Source: Alphaproteobacteria bacterium
GTDB taxonomy: Bacteria > Pseudomonadota > Alphaproteobacteria > SP197
Reading direction: 5' to 3'
NCBI GenBank assembly: GCA_965228895.1
Contig: OZ245842.1
Location: 5,344,001-5,408,000, forward strand
DNA length: 64,000 nucleotides
Each line of letters starts with the position of its first letter. Position 1 is the first letter of the stretch. The notes below the pieces were generated by a model, which was not told the origin of the DNA, did not search any database, and was given only the letters and a program-made list of their open reading frames with translations. Below, in pieces: positions 55,851 to 64,000 of this stretch. A program made the position numbers and the translations under genes.

Positions 55851-57434
55851 ATGGCACAAGGTTGGACGCGTGCGGTTTCCGTTGCCGAGCTGGAGGACAA
55901 GGGCCGCACGGTGTACCGCCAGGACGGCCGCCAGATCGCGCTCTTTAAGACCGAGCGCGGCATCTTCGCCTGCAACAACCGCTGTCCACACGAGGGCTAT
56001 CCGCTGCGCGAAGGCACCCTCGACAAGGACTGCAAGCTCACCTGCAACTGGCATAACTGGAAGTTCGACCTGGAGACCGGCGAGAACCAGCGCGACGGCG
56101 ATAAGTTGCGCGTCTATCCGGTCGAGCTACGCGACGGCGAGGTGTGGATTGAGATCGTCGATCCGCCGTTCGACGAGCGCAAGGCCAAGACCATGGACGG
56201 TCTTCAGCAGGGCTTCATCGATCACGACTACGAACGGATCGCGCGCGAGATCGCGCGGCTGCGGCAGATCGGCGCCGATCCGCTGGACGGCATGAGCGCG
56301 GCCATCGGCTGGTCCCATGACCGCATGGAGTTCGGCTGGACCCATGCCTATGCCGGTGCCGCCGACTGGCTGACGCTTTACGACGAACATGGCAACGATC
56401 CGGAAACCCAGTTGATCTGCGCGCTCGAATCGATCGGTCACATGGCCGACGACGTGCTGCGCGAGCCCGTCTATCCGTTCGCCGAGGGGGCGGAGGAATG
56501 GGACGAGGAGGGTTTTGTCCGGGCGGTCGAGATCGAGGACGAACCGAAGGCGATTCGTATGGTGCGCGGCGCGCTGCGAGCCGGTCTCGGCTTTGCCGAT
56601 TTGGAACGCGGCCTGACTCGTGCGGCACTCGCCCACTACAACGCCTTCGGCCATTCGCTGATCTATGTGCCCAAGGCCGGCAAGCTGATCGAGCGCCTGG
56701 GCGACCATGTCGCGGAACCCGTGCTGCTCTCCCTGGTGCGCGAAATCGTCCAGGCCTTCCGCGAAGACCTGATACCGGAGTTTCGTAGCTATGCCGGCGC
56801 GCTCGAGGCCTTCGGGACGAAGACGAACGGCAAAGCGCCGACCGCTGACGATTTCGTCGGGCTGAACGTGAAGAAGGCGATGAAACTTGCCGCCGAGCAC
56901 GGATCGGCGCCGCCGATGGATCTCTATCGCTCGCTGCTTGAAGCCAACGCGCGCAACATGCTGACCTTCGACCTGAAGCACCAGGACGATCTCGACGTGC
57001 CGTTCGGCGGCGAGAAGGGCTGGCTTGATGTGACCCACGGTCTGACCTTCGCCAACGCGGTGCGGACCCAGTGCAGCAAGTACCCGGAGCTGTGGCCGAA
57101 TGGCCTCTTGCAGATGGCCTGTTTCAGCGGCCGCAACGCCGGCATTGCCGATGTCGATCTTGACCCCGACGATTGGCGGGTGCCCGACGCCGACCGTTTC
57201 TTCGACGATGCCGGCGAGCACCTCTTCAACCATCACCAGGACGAATACATCGTCTCCGTGCATCTGGTGAAAACGGCGATGGCAGTGCGCGACGAAGTGC
57301 GCTCAGGCGAAACGGGTGAAGGCGGTGACCTGGCGCTGGCCAGCATCAACCGGCTGCTGCAGTCGCCGCTCTTCATCAAGCGGCCCCGGCGCACGGCGCG
57401 TCAGGCACTGCGTTTCATCGAGGTCGATATCTAG
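55851..57434 (+). CDS. Rieske [2Fe-2S] domain fused to a large uncharacterised His-motif helical domain
   Basis: CPHEGYPL..CNWHNWKF; GGAGG RBS; about 420-aa extension. Confidence 0.85.
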   Translation: MAQGWTRAVSVAELEDKGRTVYRQDGRQIALFKTERGIFACNNRCPHEGYPLREGTLDKDCKLTCNWHNWKFDLETGENQRDGDKLRVYPVELRDGEVWIEIVDPPFDERKAKTMDGLQQGFIDHDYERIAREIARLRQIGADPLDGMSAAIGWSHDRMEFGWTHAYAGAADWLTLYDEHGNDPETQLICALESIGHMADDVLREPVYPFAEGAEEWDEEGFVRAVEIEDEPKAIRMVRGALRAGLGFADLERGLTRAALAHYNAFGHSLIYVPKAGKLIERLGDHVAEPVLLSLVREIVQAFREDLIPEFRSYAGALEAFGTKTNGKAPTADDFVGLNVKKAMKLAAEHGSAPPMDLYRSLLEANARNMLTFDLKHQDDLDVPFGGEKGWLDVTHGLTFANAVRTQCSKYPELWPNGLLQMACFSGRNAGIADVDLDPDDWRVPDADRFFDDAGEHLFNHHQDEYIVSVHLVKTAMAVRDEVRSGETGEGGDLALASINRLLQSPLFIKRPRRTARQALRFIEVDI

Positions 57435-57481
57435 GCTTCCGCGTGTCAGGCTGAACGTCGCCAAAGAGGAACGCTCAGCCC

Positions 57482-58096
57482 ATGGGTTTCTACGCGCGGC
57501 GGATCGTGCCGTGGATGATCGACAAGGTGATGACCGGCGATGTGGTCGAGGCCGACCGTGCGGTCATCGTGCCGCGTGCATCCGGCGAGGTGCTGGAGCT
57601 CGGCATGGGCTCGGGCCACAATCTCGGCTTCTACGGTCCCGACGTGAAGGCGCTCCATGCGGTCGAACCGTCGGCCGAGCTGGCTGCCATGGCGCGCCAA
57701 CGCACAAGTGAGGTGGCGTTCCCCGTCGAGATCGCCGAAGTCTCAGCCGAGACCATGCCGTTTGACAACAACAGCTTTGATTCAGCGGTCGTGACCTGGG
57801 CGCTCTGCTCGATTCCCGACATGGCGACAGCACTGGCAGAAGTGCGTCGTGTTCTGAGGCCGGGCGGTGCGCTGCACTTCGTCGAGCATGGTCTGGCGCC
57901 GGAGGTCTCGGTCGCGCGCTGGCAGAACCGGCTCAACCCGCTCTGGCGTCCGTTCTCGGGCGGCTGCAACATGAACCGTCCCATGGATAGCGAGATCGAG
58001 GCATCCGGCTTCCGCATCGATGACGCGAACAACGGTTATGTCGAAGGACCACGCATCCTCTCCTACACCTACCGTGGCAGCGCGCGGCCGATCTAG
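57482..58096 (+). CDS. Class I SAM-dependent methyltransferase
   Basis: VLELGMGSG, FDSAV..LCSIP, RVLRPGG..FVEHG, GGCNMNR. Confidence 0.9.
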   Translation: MGFYARRIVPWMIDKVMTGDVVEADRAVIVPRASGEVLELGMGSGHNLGFYGPDVKALHAVEPSAELAAMARQRTSEVAFPVEIAEVSAETMPFDNNSFDSAVVTWALCSIPDMATALAEVRRVLRPGGALHFVEHGLAPEVSVARWQNRLNPLWRPFSGGCNMNRPMDSEIEASGFRIDDANNGYVEGPRILSYTYRGSARPI

Positions 58097-58671
58097 CTCG
58101 GCGGCACGACGATCAGACGACCGGCGAGTTCGGTGTCGGGACGGTGGGCTGCCAGATAAGCGATGGCGCCGCCGAGATCGGCCTTCTCAGGCTCCAGCGG
58201 CGCGACGGCGTAGGTCAGCGTGATGTGGCCCTCGTGGCGCGCCACGCGCTGACGGCAGGCGGAAAGGCGCTCTTCGATGGCGGCGAGGTCGTTTTGCGCG
58301 GTGCCGCGGGTATCGGCCAGGATCAGGACGCCGTGACCCCGGCTCCGCATGACCGGCAGCGCGGCGTCGATCAACCGGTCCTCGCCGTCGGGATCACTGT
58401 GCGGCAGGACCAGGACATCAACACCGCCGCAAGTCCGGTTGATGGTGTCGACGGTCGCCTGGGCGGTCGTCGCGTCGAAACCCTCGACGACCTGGACGGC
58501 CGCCGTGCCCCAGCTCTTGCGCAGGTCGCTCGCCGCCCGGTCGGCGGCCTCGGCGTCCTTGTCGATCAGGACCACGGTGGCGCCCGCCTTGGCCAGAGGC
58601 CGCGCGATCGCCTGCCCGGCTTCGCTACCCCCTTCCAAGATTACCGCGACGCGGCCGTCTAACTGTTCCAT
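58093..58671 (-). CDS. Degenerate short SDR-like Rossmann protein
   Basis: LDGRVAVILEGGSEAGQAIA..GATVVLID..GGVDVLV; lacks NAG and YxxxK; AGGAGG RBS. Confidence 0.65.
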   Translation of the reverse strand: MEQLDGRVAVILEGGSEAGQAIARPLAKAGATVVLIDKDAEAADRAASDLRKSWGTAAVQVVEGFDATTAQATVDTINRTCGGVDVLVLPHSDPDGEDRLIDAALPVMRSRGHGVLILADTRGTAQNDLAAIEERLSACRQRVARHEGHITLTYAVAPLEPEKADLGGAIAYLAAHRPDTELAGRLIVVPPS

Positions 58672-58825
58672 CTGCGCCTCCTGTCGCCGGCTATTCGGAC
58701 AGGTCCATCAAGCGGGGTCAACGTGCATTTGAATTTGATGTATACGCTGCACTGCACCATGTGATCACGAGGGGGCGCTGTTGCGCGCGGCGCCGACTCA
58801 TATCTTTCGCCCTGGGAGAACGATC

Positions 58826-61494
<2,669 letters not shown>

Positions 61495-61498
<4 letters not shown>

Positions 61499-62049
61499 CA
61501 TCGTTCGCCGTTGTCTTGAGCGGCCTGCCGGCCAGCGGCAAGACGACGCTGGGCCGCGCGATCGCCGATGCCTTGGATCTTCCCTATCTCGACAAGGATG
61601 AGTTTCTCGAGTGTCTCTTCGACAGCGAAGGCGTAGGCGACGGTGCGCGCCGCCAACAGTTGAGCCGACAGAGCGATGCGGCTTTTCAGGAGGCGGCCGA
61701 AGCATTGGACGCTGCCGTCCTGATCTCCCACTGGCGTCCGCGTGGCGGTCCCGACGACACGGGCACCCCGACGGTTTGGCTCGGCGAGACCTACGACACC
61801 ATTGTCGAGGTACACTGCGTTTGCTCCCCGGAATGCGCCGCCCAACGTTTTTTGGCGCGGGAACGCCATCCCGGACACTTGGACACGGCGAGAGACGCCG
61901 ATCAAACGGTGCGACGTATGCGTCGCCTGGCGGAGGGTTACCCGTTAGGCCTCGGGGAATTGATCAACGTGAAGGCAGGCGGCCCGATCGACCAGGCAGC
62001 AGTCATCAAGTTCATCAAAGTGTGGCTTGCGAACTCTGAATTGCAGTAG
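61495..62049 (+). CDS. AAA/P-loop kinase-like protein
   Basis: [17 protein letters not shown]; GTG overlaps the acnA TGA. Confidence 0.8.
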
Positions 62050-62161
62050 CTGTATGGTTGTACAACCCTATTTTTCTGGCCAGGATTAAGATTGTCGAGC
62101 GCGCTTGCGCGGCCAGGCCTGCGTGATCGCGGACAGCGATGAGACCCAGCACGACCGCCGG

Positions 62162-63907
62162 ATGCCGGAGTTTGAACGCAAGCTGACCACTATTCTTGCC
62201 GCCGATGTCGTGGCGTTTTCCGACATGATGGGGCGTGACGAGACCGGCACGCTTCGCGCGCTCAAGCAATATCGCGAACTCATCGAGACCTGCATCGGCA
62301 AGTACCAAGGCCGCGTGTTTGGCGGAGCCGGCGACTCCTTGATTGCGGAGTTTGGCAGCCCGCTAACAGCCGTGCATTGCGCCAAAGAGTTTCAGGAGCG
62401 TGTCGCCGATCTCAATCGCGAGACACCGGAACAACAGCGCATGTGGTTTCGCGTCGGTATCAATCTGGGTGATGTCCTGATCGACGGTGAGAACCTCTAT
62501 GGCGATGGCGTGAATGTCGCGGCGCGCGTTGAACAGGAGGGAGAGCCCGGCGGCATCTGCATCTCTCACAAAGTACACGGTGAGGTTCACCGCAATCTCG
62601 ACCTGGCCTTTTCCGACGGCGGTCTTCAAACACTGAAGAACATCGATCAGCCCATCGGCATTTTCCATGTGCGCCCGGCGAGCCAGGACTCAGACGTACG
62701 TCCACCGAGCCGGGAACGCGACAACCGCCGGCCAACATCCAACCACCGCACAAAATCGAGCACGTCCAATCCGACCGTGATCGTTCGCGACTTCAAGGTG
62801 GCCGGCGCCGATGATGCCATGTTTCTAGCCGACGGACTCCGAGAAGGACTGATCAACAGCTTGAGCCGACACGCGGCCATCGATGTGATTCGTCACGAGC
62901 CGCACGGCGAACGCGCGGTCGATTTCTCGCTTGAAGCCTCTGTACGAGGGCATGGGGCGCGCGTGCGCATCATCTTCAACCTGATCGACGTCGTGACGAA
63001 CAGTCAGGTCTGGAGCGAGCGTTATGACCGACAGTTGGAAGACACCCTCGATATCGAGGAGGAGATTGCGCGTGCCGTCGCCGCCGCGGTCCGCGTCAAG
63101 TTAAAGGCCGTCATCTTCGAGCGTCTTCGTGAAACCGACAACAAAGAGCTTTCGGTGCAAGACCTCCTGGACAAGGCCGCCGGCTTCTTCGTCACGGGAC
63201 CCGGCAACGACCATTTGGCAGAAGCGGCGTTGCGCACCGCGCTGGTGCATGAGCCGGACAGTTCCATGGCCGCGGCGATGCTGGGACTCGCCATGCTCCG
63301 CGGATTTGAGTATTCGCCGCTGGCTCTCTCGACCGAGACATTCGATGAGATCACTGGTCTCGCGGAACGGGCCGTCGCGGCGAATGCCGAGAGCTATTTT
63401 GCGCACCTCGTCGCCGGCATGGCGTTGCAGGATCTTCACGGTGATTTTGGGCGGGCCTTGCGGCATGCCCAGGCGTCTCTCGAGCTAAACCCGGAACTCT
63501 TGGGCGCTCATGGTTTGGTCGGCATTTGTCAGTGTCATCTTGGGGATCCCGCCGCCGGTATCGCAATCCTGGAGCGGACGCTCAGTACCAGTCGGGAAGA
63601 TCCTCACCGTTTCCGCCATATGCGCGAGCTGGCGATCGCACATTTCGTTGATGGCAACGTTGCCGCAGCGACCAATCTTATGGGCCAATTGGTCGAAAGC
63701 GAGCCGCGCATGGATCGCAACAGACCCGTCCAGGCATCGCTCCTTTGGCTTAAAGGCGACACGGCTGAAGCCGTCGCCGCAACCCGTCGGCTGCGCGACG
63801 AGTATGCCGGATTATCACTGGCGACCATGCGCCCTGTACGCTTCGGCCAGGCCGATGTTGCCGCGCGGTTTGGCGAGGCGCTTGCGGCTCTCGGATTGAG
63901 CCGGTGA
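62162..63907 (+). CDS. Class III adenylate/guanylate cyclase with TolB-N-like and TPR domains
   Basis: ILAADVVAFS, AGDSLIAEF, RVGINLGDV, GDGVNVAAR, LKNI, VWSERYD, TPR-like helices. Confidence 0.9.
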   Translation: MPEFERKLTTILAADVVAFSDMMGRDETGTLRALKQYRELIETCIGKYQGRVFGGAGDSLIAEFGSPLTAVHCAKEFQERVADLNRETPEQQRMWFRVGINLGDVLIDGENLYGDGVNVAARVEQEGEPGGICISHKVHGEVHRNLDLAFSDGGLQTLKNIDQPIGIFHVRPASQDSDVRPPSRERDNRRPTSNHRTKSSTSNPTVIVRDFKVAGADDAMFLADGLREGLINSLSRHAAIDVIRHEPHGERAVDFSLEASVRGHGARVRIIFNLIDVVTNSQVWSERYDRQLEDTLDIEEEIARAVAAAVRVKLKAVIFERLRETDNKELSVQDLLDKAAGFFVTGPGNDHLAEAALRTALVHEPDSSMAAAMLGLAMLRGFEYSPLALSTETFDEITGLAERAVAANAESYFAHLVAGMALQDLHGDFGRALRHAQASLELNPELLGAHGLVGICQCHLGDPAAGIAILERTLSTSREDPHRFRHMRELAIAHFVDGNVAAATNLMGQLVESEPRMDRNRPVQASLLWLKGDTAEAVAATRRLRDEYAGLSLATMRPVRFGQADVAARFGEALAALGLSR

Positions 63908-64000
63908 TCCTGGATAGCGTCAAGCAGGGGTGGGAAACAAGATAGCTGTTCGGTCGAACGATAAGGCGCTTCTGCCGCCGCAACGCATCGCGGTCATTGG

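Overview
A GC-rich, gene-dense chromosomal window whose gene content and order (rlmN-ialB, yggT-DUF167-folD, ccm cluster near acnA, class 3 asparaginase, type-2 CtaA) point to an alphaproteobacterium, probably Rhodospirillales-like (inference). Housekeeping genes are rlmN, argG, folD, tRNA-Ala(CGC), sodB, ccmABCDEFHI, ctaA and acnA. They are interleaved with many catabolic enzymes: a TMADH-like and a second OYE-like flavoenzyme, two CocE/NonD hydrolases, a PMH-like sulfatase, a BBE-type oxidase, a xanthine-dehydrogenase-family Mo-hydroxylase and three NylB-like hydrolases. I found no CRISPR array, integrase or transposase. The best candidate for an undescribed system is 36.0-44.7 kb: an unassigned structured RNA with its own promoter and terminator, then a Mo-hydroxylase operon with a private MoaD and a YqeC-like selenium-hydroxylase accessory gene, then three tandem NylB paralogs. 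Other leads are a FOXRED1-like flavoprotein translationally coupled between ccmI and ctaA, a Rieske/His-motif protein between ccmA and acnA, a Fur-box-preceded HHHPCCPC protein, a single-chain triple Rid protein, a probable CTG-initiated DUF167 gene and covarying CIR-like double-hairpin repeats. All family calls come from motif recognition by eye, without database searches.
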